A DNA stretch of 32,000 bases, taken from positions 900,001 through 932,000 of the forward strand of contig NC_010163.1 of NCBI RefSeq assembly GCF_000018785.1. The letters run 5' to 3'. The notes beneath the pieces were generated by a model. That model saw nothing but the letters and a program-made list of their open reading frames with translations, did not search any database and was not told the DNA's origin. Position numbers and translations under genes: made by a program. Origin of the DNA: Acholeplasma laidlawii PG-8A. GTDB taxonomy: Bacteria; Bacillota_I; Bacilli_A; Acholeplasmatales; Acholeplasmataceae. Of the stretch, positions 17,512 to 26,657 are shown piece by piece (position 1 is the stretch's first letter; every line of letters begins with the position of its first letter).

Positions 17512-19104
17512 TTATTTAGCTACATCCGTTGCTCGTTTTTCACGAATAACTGTAACTTTGATGGTTCCAGGATATGTCATTTGTGCTTCAATCTTTTCTT
17601 TGATTGTGCGCGCAATATTAATTAATCCTAAATCATCTACTTTATCAGGTAATACCATAACACGTACTTCACGACCAGCTTGAATAGCATATGCTTTATC
17701 AACACCAGTTACATCATTAGAAATTTCTTCTAATTGTGTTAGACGTTTCATGTAGGAGTCCATAGATTCAGATCTTGCACCTGGACGCGCTGCAGATAAT
17801 GCATCTGCTGCTGCAACTAAAACTGCAATAATTGATTCTGGCTCGCTATCACCATGGTGAGATGCGATTGCATCAATAACTTCTTTAGGTTCTTTATATC
17901 TTGACATAAGTTCCACACCAATCGATACGTGTGAACCTTCTACTTCATGATCAATTGCTTTACCAATGTCATGGAATAAACCAGCACGACGTGCAAGCAT
18001 TTCATTTTCACCAATTTCAGCAGCTAATTTCCCTGCTAGGAAGGCTACTTCAATTGAGTGTTTCAATACGTTTTGACCATAGGATGTTCTAAATGTCATA
18101 CGCCCTAATAGTTTAATAATATCTGGATGTACTTTACCCACACCAGTTTTAAATACTGCTTCTTCACCAGCTTCGCGGATGAACATGTCAATTTCTGTTC
18201 TTGCACGTTCAACAACTTCTTCAATACGTCCTGGATGAATTCTACCATCTTGAACTAATATTGTTAAAGCACGTTTTGCAACTTCACGTCTTACAGGGTC
18301 AAAACCTGATAAAACTACTGCTTCTGGTGTATCGTCAATAATTAGATCCACTCCAGTGAGAGCCTCAAGTGATCTAATGTTTCTTCCTTCTTTACCAATG
18401 ATACGACCTTTCATGTCTTCATTTGGTATTTCAACAACTGTAACTGTACGTTCAGATGTTGTTTCAGCTGCATATTTTTGCATAGCAAGTGATAATATCT
18501 CTTTACTCTTATTTTGAGCAATAGACTTCGCATTATCCTCTTCATCTCTAATATAAGCCGCAATTTCATTTGAGATAGAATCCCTTACTTGAGCCATTAT
18601 CAATTCACGAGCTTGCTCTCTTGACAACGCTGAAATAGAACTGAGTTTCTCCTCTTGTTCCTTTATTAATTCTTCCACTTTGCTATATTGGATATCAAGT
18701 TGTTCTTTACGTTCGTTATGTCTTTCTTCTTTAGCGTCCAGACCGATTTCACGTTTATCTAAATATTGTGATCTTTGGTTTAAAGCATTCTCACGTTGAG
18801 TTGCTTTTTCTTCAAGATTCATGACGATTTGACGGCGATCTTTAATATCTTCATCAAATTCTTTACGTAACGTTAAAATTTCTTGTTTAGCTTCAAAAAC
18901 CATCTCTCTTTTAGTTCTATCAGCTTCTTTTTTTCCGTCTTCAATAATACGTTCAGCTTCTTCTCTAGCCAAACGTAAACTTTTTTCATGTTGAGCTACA
19001 CGAATAAAATAACCCACCAAAGCACCACCAAGGGCACCTACGACGATTAGCAAAATGAAGGTAATTAATGCAGGAGTGTCAACATTAAACATTATGTCAA
19101 ACAT
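17512..19104 (-). CDS. rny: Ribonuclease Y
   Basis: N-terminal TM helix, coiled-coil region, KH domain ([15 protein letters not shown]) and HD domain ([17 protein letters not shown]). SD GGAGG and a consensus promoter lie upstream. Confidence 0.96.
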   Translation of the reverse strand: MFDIMFNVDTPALITFILLIVVGALGGALVGYFIRVAQHEKSLRLAREEAERIIEDGKKEADRTKREMVFEAKQEILTLRKEFDEDIKDRRQIVMNLEEKATQRENALNQRSQYLDKREIGLDAKEERHNERKEQLDIQYSKVEELIKEQEEKLSSISALSREQARELIMAQVRDSISNEIAAYIRDEEDNAKSIAQNKSKEILSLAMQKYAAETTSERTVTVVEIPNEDMKGRIIGKEGRNIRSLEALTGVDLIIDDTPEAVVLSGFDPVRREVAKRALTILVQDGRIHPGRIEEVVERARTEIDMFIREAGEEAVFKTGVGKVHPDIIKLLGRMTFRTSYGQNVLKHSIEVAFLAGKLAAEIGENEMLARRAGLFHDIGKAIDHEVEGSHVSIGVELMSRYKEPKEVIDAIASHHGDSEPESIIAVLVAAADALSAARPGARSESMDSYMKRLTQLEEISNDVTGVDKAYAIQAGREVRVMVLPDKVDDLGLINIARTIKEKIEAQMTYPGTIKVTVIREKRATDVAK

Positions 19105-19186
19105 CTCTTTAAACCTCCATATTTAGTTTTAACTTCTTATTTGAATAATAATCAAAAATTAGTTTCGTACATAAAGTACTTAATTT

Positions 19187-19215
19187 ATTATAACTTGATT
19201 TCATTTTATAGTCAA
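19187..19215 (-). promoter_or_regulatory. Sigma-A type promoter of rny
   Basis: On the - strand: TTGACT (complement of 19210-19215), a 17-nt spacer, and TATAAT (complement of 19187-19192). This is a near-perfect consensus about 80 nt upstream of the rny ATG. Confidence 0.65.
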
Positions 19216-19317
19216 TGAAAAACACGATATAGAAGCGCTTAAATATTTTCATAAACGACCATTTACTTTTAAATAACACGATTCATCGATTTTGATGTCA
19301 AGAAAAACTTATAAACA

Positions 19318-19347
19318 TTTTTAAATCTAACATTTCTATAGTATAAT
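19318..19347 (+). promoter_or_regulatory. Candidate promoter of the 213-aa gene
   Basis: TATAAT at 19342-19347, 36 nt upstream of the ATG. Only a weak AT-rich -35 (TTTTTA/TTTTAA) is present. Confidence 0.3.
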
Positions 19348-19383
19348 ATCACTTAAGTAAACGTTATAAGGAGAAAGACATAC

Positions 19384-20025
19384 ATGGTACCTAAGCATAC
19401 ACCAAATTCTAAATTCGGAAGATGGTTATTAAAATATCGACTAAAACTCATACTATTTGCATTTATAGTTATTATACCAGTCACCTTTGTCATCGCACTA
19501 TATTTAGGGGATTATCTAAAATATAAAAATGTTGATTTTGATGGCAATGTTGTATCACAGTTTCAATCAACTTTCATCACAACCGAGGATGAAACAAATC
19601 ATGAAATCATTAATTTACAAACAGATGAATTACTTATCCAAATCAAACTTATGGATATGTTAATTCCTGAATATTATGATGATACCAATGGTCATTACAC
19701 ATTCAAGGCACGTCAAGAAGTTAAATCGGGTAAGCACATTCATGAACTCGCGGTAAAATTTGTAGTTCAAGCAGAATGGATTAATGCTAAATCAGCTGTG
19801 ACTACCATACCACTTACAAACACTTTTGGTACAGATAGAAAAATATCATTTAACCACATATTACCTCAATCACCATTATGGTTTGTTCATGTGAATGCAC
19901 CTTATCTATATGTAGAAGTTGTATATCATATTGAACTAGCTCTTGATCAAGAAGAGACAGTGACACATTACTTCAAGACATATCTAGGTGATTTAACACC
20001 AGCTAGTCAAATAGTAACTGAATAA
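19384..20025 (+). CDS. Hypothetical N-terminally membrane-anchored protein (213 aa)
   Basis: SD AAGGAG sits 10 nt upstream of the ATG. A basic N-terminus (KFGRWLLKYRLK) is followed by one TM helix (LILFAFIVIIPVTFVIALYL) and a ~165-aa soluble domain with no motif I recognise. It is followed by a strong bidirectional terminator. Confidence 0.65.
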   Translation: MVPKHTPNSKFGRWLLKYRLKLILFAFIVIIPVTFVIALYLGDYLKYKNVDFDGNVVSQFQSTFITTEDETNHEIINLQTDELLIQIKLMDMLIPEYYDDTNGHYTFKARQEVKSGKHIHELAVKFVVQAEWINAKSAVTTIPLTNTFGTDRKISFNHILPQSPLWFVHVNAPYLYVEVVYHIELALDQEETVTHYFKTYLGDLTPASQIVTE

Positions 20026-20037
20026 TTAATTTATAAT

Positions 20038-20093
20038 AAAAATCCTTTTGGTAGACAATCTCAAACTTGAGATCTTACCAAAAGGATTTTTTT
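20038..20093. terminator. Strong bidirectional terminator shared by the 213-aa gene (+) and the ABC operon (-)
   Basis: Perfect 16-bp outer stem 20038-20053 (aaaaatccttttggta) / 20076-20091 (taccaaaaggattttt), plus an inner helix 20058-20064 / 20067-20073. A/T runs flank it on both sides. Confidence 0.85.
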
Positions 20094-20094
20094 A

Positions 20095-22113
20095 TTAAAC
20101 GTTTTCTATTTTAACATTCATTTGTGATTTATAGATGTGAGCATATTGCTTATCAAGTTCCAGCAACTGATCATGTGTGCCTTCTTCTACCTTAAAACCA
20201 TTATCTAATACTACAATTTTATTTGCATGCTTAATTGTAGACAATCTATGCGCAATGACAATTGTTGTACGTCCTTCTTTGACCTTATTAAGGGCTGTTT
20301 GAATAAGACTTTCAGTTTCAGTATCAATATTAGCTGTAGCCTCATCCATAATTAAGATAGCAGGGTTATGAATTACTGCTCTAGCAAAGCTAATTAATTG
20401 TTTTTCCCCAACAGATAAATTACTTCCACCTCTATAAAGTGGTTGATGAATACCTTCTGGTAGTTTATCTATCATAGGTCCACCACCAATTTCTCGAAGT
20501 ACGCTTTCTACTTCTTCATCCGTGACATCTTGGCCAAATTTAACATTACTTGCTATAGTACCTTTATAGATCATTGGATCTTGTAAAATCATACCAATAT
20601 GGTTTCTATAAGTACGTTTAGAGTAAGACTGGATATCTACACCATCAATATAGATTTTACCTGAATCACCATCTTTAAAGTCATAAAATCTTAGTAATAG
20701 ATTCATCATTGTTGATTTACCACTACCTGTATGTCCTACAATACCTACCATAGAACCTTCTTCAATATTAAGACTTACATTTTTTAATACAGGGGCATCT
20801 TTTGAATAGGCAAAGGTGATATCTTCAAATTCGATTTTACCTTTAAATCTTTCAATTTCTTCAAAACTATCATCTTCTTGCTCAGCATCAATGATTGTAA
20901 ATATACGGTCTGTTCTTACAAGAGCTAGTTGTAAATTACCAAACTCTCTAAATAACACACCAACCGGTTCCATCAAACGAGATAGGAAGTCATTGTATGC
21001 ATAAATTGTACCTGCAGTCATGACGTATGTACCTACAGTTAAGCTTTGGAATCCAAAATAAGCAACAATAAATGCAGTAACTAAAAATCCAAGTAAACGA
21101 ATCATATTCCAACCAATCGATAAGTGAAGTCTTTGTTCTTTGAGTTGTTCACTTCTAAATATATTGGATGTGACTTCAAATTCTTTTTCTGTTTGTTCTT
21201 GGTAGTTAAAGATTTGAAGCACGTTAATACCATTTATAATTTCATTTAACTGTGCAGTAATCATGGAAGCAGATTCGGATACTTTTTGAGCAATCTCATT
21301 TAAATTTCTAATAAATACCTTTAACCATATATAGATTAATGGGAATAAAATAAATGTAAATAGTGCAAGTGTTGAATCTAAATAGAACATTCCAATGTAT
21401 GCAAATATAACGGATAAGAATGAATTAAATACTAAATTCATCAAAGTTGAAAATAAATTGATCATACCATTGACGTCTGTAATAATACGGTTTGCTATTT
21501 TACCAGCTGGTTCGTACTCAAAATAAGACATCGGCATATTTTGAAGTGCTTTAACTGCATCTTTTCTTGCATCTCTAACAACATTTGTTGTAATGAAGGC
21601 TGTTGTAATACGTTGGATAAATAGAAATAGTATATGAAATACATATCTAAGGATTAATAAACCTAATAGGATGAAGATAGGTTGTAGGAATGGTGCATAA
21701 AAACTACTCACTTCACCACCTGTTAGAATTTGTGCAGTATATACAACTTTATCACCTTCAAAAGTTGTAATTGTTAATTGCCCTTCTGTTTCAGTAGTTG
21801 CAACAAATTGTTGATTTCCAGAGACGATTTCATCAAAAATAGCTAAGTATTTCCCATTTACAATAACAATCGTTAATGGTGCACCTTCATTTGCGTCTTG
21901 AGTATAGTAATTTCCTTGATATGCCACTTTAGAACTATCTGTAGTCTCATACCACTGTTTAGTAATTCCTACTAATTGATCATCTAAAATAGAACGAACG
22001 ATGAGTGGTGCTAAGAGTCCAAGCATTTGGACAATGAGCATACTAATGATTGAAATAGTTAATAACTTTTTATAGCGTCTAATATAACGCCAAACTTTTT
22101 TAAATTGTTTCAT
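20095..22113 (-). CDS. ABC exporter permease/ATPase half-transporter, BmrD/YheH-like, with a ~100-aa extracytoplasmic insert between TM1 and TM2
   Basis: 672 aa. Six-TM exporter domain plus NBD. Walker A GHTGSGKST, non-canonical signature LSVGE, Walker B plus catalytic Glu ILIMDE, and H-loop AHRL. SD AGGTG. It lies 8 nt after the upstream ABC gene. Confidence 0.9.
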   Translation of the reverse strand: MKQFKKVWRYIRRYKKLLTISIISMLIVQMLGLLAPLIVRSILDDQLVGITKQWYETTDSSKVAYQGNYYTQDANEGAPLTIVIVNGKYLAIFDEIVSGNQQFVATTETEGQLTITTFEGDKVVYTAQILTGGEVSSFYAPFLQPIFILLGLLILRYVFHILFLFIQRITTAFITTNVVRDARKDAVKALQNMPMSYFEYEPAGKIANRIITDVNGMINLFSTLMNLVFNSFLSVIFAYIGMFYLDSTLALFTFILFPLIYIWLKVFIRNLNEIAQKVSESASMITAQLNEIINGINVLQIFNYQEQTEKEFEVTSNIFRSEQLKEQRLHLSIGWNMIRLLGFLVTAFIVAYFGFQSLTVGTYVMTAGTIYAYNDFLSRLMEPVGVLFREFGNLQLALVRTDRIFTIIDAEQEDDSFEEIERFKGKIEFEDITFAYSKDAPVLKNVSLNIEEGSMVGIVGHTGSGKSTMMNLLLRFYDFKDGDSGKIYIDGVDIQSYSKRTYRNHIGMILQDPMIYKGTIASNVKFGQDVTDEEVESVLREIGGGPMIDKLPEGIHQPLYRGGSNLSVGEKQLISFARAVIHNPAILIMDEATANIDTETESLIQTALNKVKEGRTTIVIAHRLSTIKHANKIVVLDNGFKVEEGTHDQLLELDKQYAHIYKSQMNVKIENV

Positions 22114-22121
22114 ATAGACAC

Positions 22122-23855
22122 CTATTTCATTTTCATTTGTTGGTCATATTGAGCTTTGTACCAACCATCTTTTTGAATTAATTCTTCATGTGTTCCGATT
22201 TCAGAAATACGCCCTTTATCCATAACGATAATTTGATTAGCTTCTCTAATTGCTGAAAAACGGTGTGCAACAATGATATTTGTATTACCTGAACGATAAG
22301 TTTTAAGTTGTTTTAATATGGTTTCTTCCGTGTTTGCATCGACTGCTGAAAGTGAGTCATCTAAGATTAATATTTCAGGGTCTCTGATGATTGCTCTGGC
22401 AATCGATAGTCTTTGCTTTTGACCACCAGATAGTGTTGTTCCACCTTCACCTACACGTGTTTGAAGACCGTTTGTTAAAAATCCGATATCTTTTTCAAAG
22501 TCTGCTATTTTAATTGCTAAATTTAATTGATCAATACTTGCATCAGGATTACCAATCATGATATTTTCTGTTACTTTTCTTCTAAATAACATATGTGTTT
22601 GAGGTACATAACCAACAATCTTTCTTAAACTCTTAATGTTATATCGTTTAATACTTTTATTATCAATAACAATATCACCTTCTGTGACATTAAACTCTCT
22701 TAAAAGTTGTCTAACTAGTGTAGTTTTACCTGAACCAGTAGGTCCAACAACACCAATTGTCTCACCTTTTCTAATCACTAGATTAATATCTTCTAATGTA
22801 TAACGTTCATCTAATGGATATTTAAAAGCCACATTCTTGAATTCAATCTTTTTAAAGTCAATAATTGGTTCAGGAATATCTTCATTTTTAACTTTTGGGT
22901 CCACCTTCATAATTTCATCAAAACGGTCAATGGCAACAGTGGCATTGTTGATATGTTGAAATACACCTGATATAGATATAATCGGACCATATAAAATACC
23001 AATATATGAAATAAAGATGATTAACTCACCAAGAGTCATCTTTTGATAAATAATGAAAAGTGCACCAAATACAAAGGCTAAGATATAGGCAATTGCATAT
23101 ACAGATTCAAATAAAGGTGCTAGTCTATTTTCATAATTAATTATATAGCGCCATGATTTAATATCTTCATCAATCGTTTTATGTTGTTGTTTTAAATCGT
23201 TTGCTTCTTGGACATAAGCACGAATAGTTTTTTGACCTTCTACAGACTCTAAAATCTTTTCAGTCATATTTGCATAGATTTCTCTATGTATTTTAATATA
23301 CCCTCTTTTTCTCACGCGGATCATATTTAGTATAGTAATACCAATTGGCATGACAGTGACTGAAATAAGGGTTAATTCCCAGGAGATTGTAAAGGTCATA
23401 ACACCAATAGCAAACATAATGATACCGATATTAAAAATAATACCTTCAAGCACTGATGTTGCAGCCATGGTAATCATATCTAAATCAGCTGTTGCTCTAG
23501 ATATTAAGTCACCTTTTTGAAATCTTTCATAAAACTCTGCATCCATCTCAAAGAGTTTTTTTAGATATATTTTTCTAAATTCAAAAGCTAACTTTTGAGC
23601 TGTTTTAGCAGATGTATAGTTATAGATAAATGATATTAAATATCTAAAAATAGGTATTAATATGAGTGCACCAACAATAAAAGATAGACTCATCCAAGTC
23701 AACCCTTTTGATACAATCACATCAATTGCAATACCCAATACATATGCTGGAGTTAATGCTAGAACCGCGATGATGATGAGGTAAATAAACATCATCGTAT
23801 AACTTTTCCACTCTTTTTTTAAGAACCAACCGGTTTTTCTAATTATGTTTATCAT
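22122..23855 (-). CDS. ABC exporter permease/ATPase half-transporter, BmrC/YheI-like (degenerate catalytic site)
   Basis: Walker A GPTGSGKT, canonical signature LSGGQ, and Walker B ILILDD with Asp replacing the catalytic Glu. I prefer ATG 23855 (SD AGGTGGG, 5-nt spacing, 577 aa). The ORF-track start at 23906 is a TTG inside the T-tract region of the recA terminator. Confidence 0.9.
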   Translation of the reverse strand: MINIIRKTGWFLKKEWKSYTMMFIYLIIIAVLALTPAYVLGIAIDVIVSKGLTWMSLSFIVGALILIPIFRYLISFIYNYTSAKTAQKLAFEFRKIYLKKLFEMDAEFYERFQKGDLISRATADLDMITMAATSVLEGIIFNIGIIMFAIGVMTFTISWELTLISVTVMPIGITILNMIRVRKRGYIKIHREIYANMTEKILESVEGQKTIRAYVQEANDLKQQHKTIDEDIKSWRYIINYENRLAPLFESVYAIAYILAFVFGALFIIYQKMTLGELIIFISYIGILYGPIISISGVFQHINNATVAIDRFDEIMKVDPKVKNEDIPEPIIDFKKIEFKNVAFKYPLDERYTLEDINLVIRKGETIGVVGPTGSGKTTLVRQLLREFNVTEGDIVIDNKSIKRYNIKSLRKIVGYVPQTHMLFRRKVTENIMIGNPDASIDQLNLAIKIADFEKDIGFLTNGLQTRVGEGGTTLSGGQKQRLSIARAIIRDPEILILDDSLSAVDANTEETILKQLKTYRSGNTNIIVAHRFSAIREANQIIVMDKGRISEIGTHEELIQKDGWYKAQYDQQMKMK

Positions 23856-23897
23856 ACAAGCCCACCTAAAACTTTTCTCTATATCTATTATAAAATA

Positions 23898-23931
23898 ATA
23901 AAACAAAAAGTGGTGATAGTTTCACCACTTT
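23898..23931 (-). terminator. Rho-independent terminator of recA
   Basis: Perfect 10-bp stem 23907-23916 (aaagtggtga) / 23922-23931 (tcaccacttt) with a 5-nt loop. On the - strand it is followed by TTTTTGTTTT. Confidence 0.8.
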
Positions 23932-23963
23932 GTTCAATATAATTCTATTTTGTGTAAATTATT

Positions 23964-24959
23964 CTATTTTGTTAATTTAAAATGCGTTCTAACCTTTTTT
24001 TCTAACTCGTTTAGAAGTTCTGGTTTATCTTCTAAATATTGTTTTGCATTGTCACGACCTTGGCCAAGTTTTTCTTCACCAATGTTATACCATGCACCAC
24101 TTTTATTAACTAAATTAAGTTCTACTGAAAGGTCAAGTACTTCACCACTTCTAGAAATACCAGTACCATACATAATATCAATAGATGCTGTTTTTAGTGG
24201 TGGTGCCACTTTAGATTTAACAACTTTCACATTTGATTTAATACCTATCATCTCACTACCTTGTTTAATCGCTTCAGCACGTCTAATTTCTAATCTCACT
24301 GATGAGAAGAATTTAAGTGCACGACCACCCGGGGTTGTTTCTGGGTTACCAAACATCACGCCAACTTTTTCTCTAATTTGATTGATGAAAATTGCTACAA
24401 CATTTGATTTTGAGATAACGCCTGACATTTTGCGCATAGCCTGTGACATCATTCTTGCTTGTAAGCCTACATGGTTTGCAGACATATCACCAGCAATTTC
24501 AGCTTCTGGTACTAAAGCCGCTACAGAGTCTATGACGATCATATCAATAGATCCACTCTTAATTAGAGCCTCAGCTATATCAAGTGCTTGTTCACCTGTA
24601 TCTGGTTGAGATAACACTAAATTATCTATATCCACACCTAGTGCTTTTGCATAATTTGGATCAAGTGCGTGCTCAGCATCGATAAACGCTACTGTACCAC
24701 CTTGCTTTTGTGCACTTGCCATAGCATGTAAAGTAAGTGTTGTCTTACCACTTGACTCAGGTCCATAAACTTCAATAATTCTTCCTCTAGGATAACCACC
24801 AATACCTAATGCTATATCTAATGCTATAGAACCAGATGGAATTGCTTCTATTGAATGGTCAGCACCATCACCTAATTTCATAATCGACCCTTTACCAAAT
24901 TGTTTTTCAATTTGTTTAAGGGCTAATTCTAGTGCTTGTTGTTTTTTATTATCGCTCAT
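23964..24959 (-). CDS. recA: Recombinase RecA
   Basis: [19 protein letters not shown], Walker [19 protein letters not shown] and [22 protein letters not shown] are canonical RecA motifs. Confidence 0.97.
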   Translation of the reverse strand: MSDNKKQQALELALKQIEKQFGKGSIMKLGDGADHSIEAIPSGSIALDIALGIGGYPRGRIIEVYGPESSGKTTLTLHAMASAQKQGGTVAFIDAEHALDPNYAKALGVDIDNLVLSQPDTGEQALDIAEALIKSGSIDMIVIDSVAALVPEAEIAGDMSANHVGLQARMMSQAMRKMSGVISKSNVVAIFINQIREKVGVMFGNPETTPGGRALKFFSSVRLEIRRAEAIKQGSEMIGIKSNVKVVKSKVAPPLKTASIDIMYGTGISRSGEVLDLSVELNLVNKSGAWYNIGEEKLGQGRDNAKQYLEDKPELLNELEKKVRTHFKLTK

Positions 24960-25016
24960 AAACTAATCATTCCTCCTATAGTATAGTAGTGTAAAAATGT
25001 CTGTTTGACTTTTATT

Positions 25017-25604
25017 TTATACACTTTCTAATATGATCTCTCTATTTTTATATAAATAATCAAATCCAGACCAAACCGTGAAGAATATTGCTATATAATA
25101 AACAATATTGGTCACCCACACTAAATTAGGATGGATAAGTGTTAAACCAAAATCATTAAATAAAAACATAATGATTGCTAACATTGTGGTTAAAGTCTTA
25201 TATTTGCCTAAGTGACTTGCTGCAATCACTTTGCCATGTTCTACCGCAATGAGTCGAACACCTGTAACTAAAAATTCTCTTACGATGATAACCATTACAC
25301 CCCATATAGCTACTCTATCAGGCATTTGAACCATTAAATAAAGCAGTGCTGTAAAGACTAAAACTTTATCTGCAATCGGGTCTAAAAACTTGCCGAACGT
25401 CGTAATTTGGTTATACTTTCGCGCTATATAGCCATCAAGGAAGTCTGTTAGACTCGCTAGAATGAATAGCCCAGCAAAAATAATTTGCTGTACTGTCATG
25501 TTTAAAAATGCAGTATCGATCACAAGTGCATCAATGTATAATACTGTAATCATGACTGGTATTAATAATATTCTTAAGATTGTTAATTTATTTGCTGTTG
25601 TCAT
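25017..25604 (-). CDS. pgsA: CDP-diacylglycerol--glycerol-3-phosphate 3-phosphatidyltransferase
   Basis: CDP-alcohol phosphatidyltransferase motif DFLDGYIARKYNQITTFGKFLDPIADK in a multi-TM protein. I prefer ATG 25604 (SD GAGGG, 5-nt spacing). The ORF-track ATG at 25616 has no SD. Confidence 0.9.
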   Translation of the reverse strand: MTTANKLTILRILLIPVMITVLYIDALVIDTAFLNMTVQQIIFAGLFILASLTDFLDGYIARKYNQITTFGKFLDPIADKVLVFTALLYLMVQMPDRVAIWGVMVIIVREFLVTGVRLIAVEHGKVIAASHLGKYKTLTTMLAIIMFLFNDFGLTLIHPNLVWVTNIVYYIAIFFTVWSGFDYLYKNREIILESV

Positions 25605-25648
25605 ATTTTCCCTCATCTCATTTATTTTATCATAAATATGATTTCTTA

Positions 25649-25677
25649 TTGCATTTATTAGATTGTTTTGGTAAAAT
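25649..25677 (+). promoter_or_regulatory. Sigma-A type promoter of rpsT
   Basis: TTGCAT (25649-25654), a 17-nt spacer ending in TGg (extended -10), and TAAAAT (25672-25677). It lies 29 nt before the GTG start. Confidence 0.6.
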
Positions 25678-25705
25678 GATATGTGCTTATTTAGGAGGTG
25701 AATTT

Positions 25706-25966
25706 GTGGCTAATATTAAATCCCAAATCAAACGTAACTTAACGAACGAAAAACGTCATCAAGCAAACGTTTCATTTAAATCATCATACAAAACTGCTGT
25801 TAAAGCTGTTGAAAAAGCTGTAGAAGCTAAAGATAAAGATCTTGCACTAGCTAAATTGTCATTTGCACATAAAAAGTTAGATAAAGGGCAAGCTAAAGGA
25901 ATTTTCCACAAGAACTTTGTTGCGCGTAATAAATCTGCGTTAGCAAGACTCGTAAACTCCTTATAA
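25706..25966 (+). CDS. rpsT: 30S ribosomal protein S20
   Basis: (M)ANIKSQIKRNLTNEKRHQANVSFKSSYKTAVK is a typical S20 N-terminus. The GTG start at 25706 has AGGAGG (25693-25698) 7 nt upstream. The ORF-track extension back to 25580 is rejected. Confidence 0.93.
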   Translation: MANIKSQIKRNLTNEKRHQANVSFKSSYKTAVKAVEKAVEAKDKDLALAKLSFAHKKLDKGQAKGIFHKNFVARNKSALARLVNSL

Positions 25967-25967
25967 T

Positions 25968-25990
25968 AGACACCTAAATGGTGTTTTTTA
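25968..25990 (+). terminator. Candidate terminator of rpsT, overlapping the 3' end of the convergent exonuclease gene
   Basis: Short stem 25970-25974 (acacc) / 25980-25984 (ggtgt), followed by TTTTTT at 25985-25990. Confidence 0.4.
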
Positions 25991-26657
25991 TTACCCTTTT
26001 TTCGATTTCGCGGTAACCATTAAAGCCTTGTGCTACTAATTCAATATGTTTTTTAAAATACGTTCTATCTGGTAGACCGTATTTTTTATTATAGCCTAAC
26101 ACATTCACATATAGTTTTAAATTGTTTTCTTCACTTGCTAAGCAATCTAAAACTTTAAATGTAGCTTTAGCATCCTCACTCGCTCTATGCGCTTGGTTAT
26201 TTGATAATTCAAATCTTGCTACTGCATTTTCAAGTTTATGTGGGTATGGATATCTATCTTTATACACTGCCATACAGTCTAAGATATCATTTTGTATTTT
26301 ATAGTTATGTGCCACATACGTTTGATAGAGTGCACTTAAAAAACCAATGTCAAATGCTAGGTTATATGCTACTAATAGTGTATCTTCATCGATTAGATTA
26401 TCCAGTTGTCTGAATGCATACTCTTCTTCAACACCATCACGCGCTAACATCTCATTAGTTATGCCTGTAAGATTAGAAATAAAATCTGTAATTGGTGTTT
26501 GTTGTTTAATGAGATAATCAATTTCTTGAACAATCTCATAGGTATCACCTATTTTTTCGAGTAATACCGCACCAACTTCTATGACTTTATCTCTTTTTGG
26601 TGTAAGTCCTGTTGTTTCAAAGTCAAACACGAGTATTTTTTTATATTCTAGTTTCAT
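25974..26657 (-). CDS. DEDDh 3'-5' exonuclease (DnaQ/epsilon-like)
   Basis: ExoI VFDFETTG, ExoII AYNLAFDIGFL and ExoIII HRASEDAKAT. Strong SD AAGGAGG. ATGA overlap with the holA stop. Confidence 0.85.
   Translation of the reverse strand: MKLEYKKILVFDFETTGLTPKRDKVIEVGAVLLEKIGDTYEIVQEIDYLIKQQTPITDFISNLTGITNEMLARDGVEEEYAFRQLDNLIDEDTLLVAYNLAFDIGFLSALYQTYVAHNYKIQNDILDCMAVYKDRYPYPHKLENAVARFELSNNQAHRASEDAKATFKVLDCLASEENNLKLYVNVLGYNKKYGLPDRTYFKKHIELVAQGFNGYREIEKRVIKNTI

Noticed and set aside
19216-19341. A ~125-nt unexplained spacer between the divergent rny and 213-aa-gene promoters; checked for a riboswitch, small ORF or operator palindromes
   Set aside because: Only a 9-codon ORF and a weak CATCGA...TGATG partial palindrome are present. 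Nothing rises above the AT-rich background.
23856-23906. N-terminal extension of the first ABC gene (track start 23906, TTG)
   Set aside because: The TTG sits inside the T-tract region of the recA terminator. ATG 23855 has an AGGTGGG SD at ideal spacing and gives a typical ABC N-terminus.
23950-24609. Two plus-strand ORFs (143 aa and 75 aa) antisense to recA
   Set aside because: They lie entirely inside the well-supported recA CDS and have no SD. Their composition is low-complexity and Ser/Leu/Pro-rich, typical of shadow frames opposite a highly biased gene. I treat them as artefacts.
25580-25705. N-terminal extension of the S20 ORF (track start 25580, TTG)
   Set aside because: The extension overlaps the pgsA start and the rpsT promoter, and it encodes non-S20 sequence. 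GTG 25706 has a perfect AGGAGG SD and yields the canonical MANIK... N-terminus.
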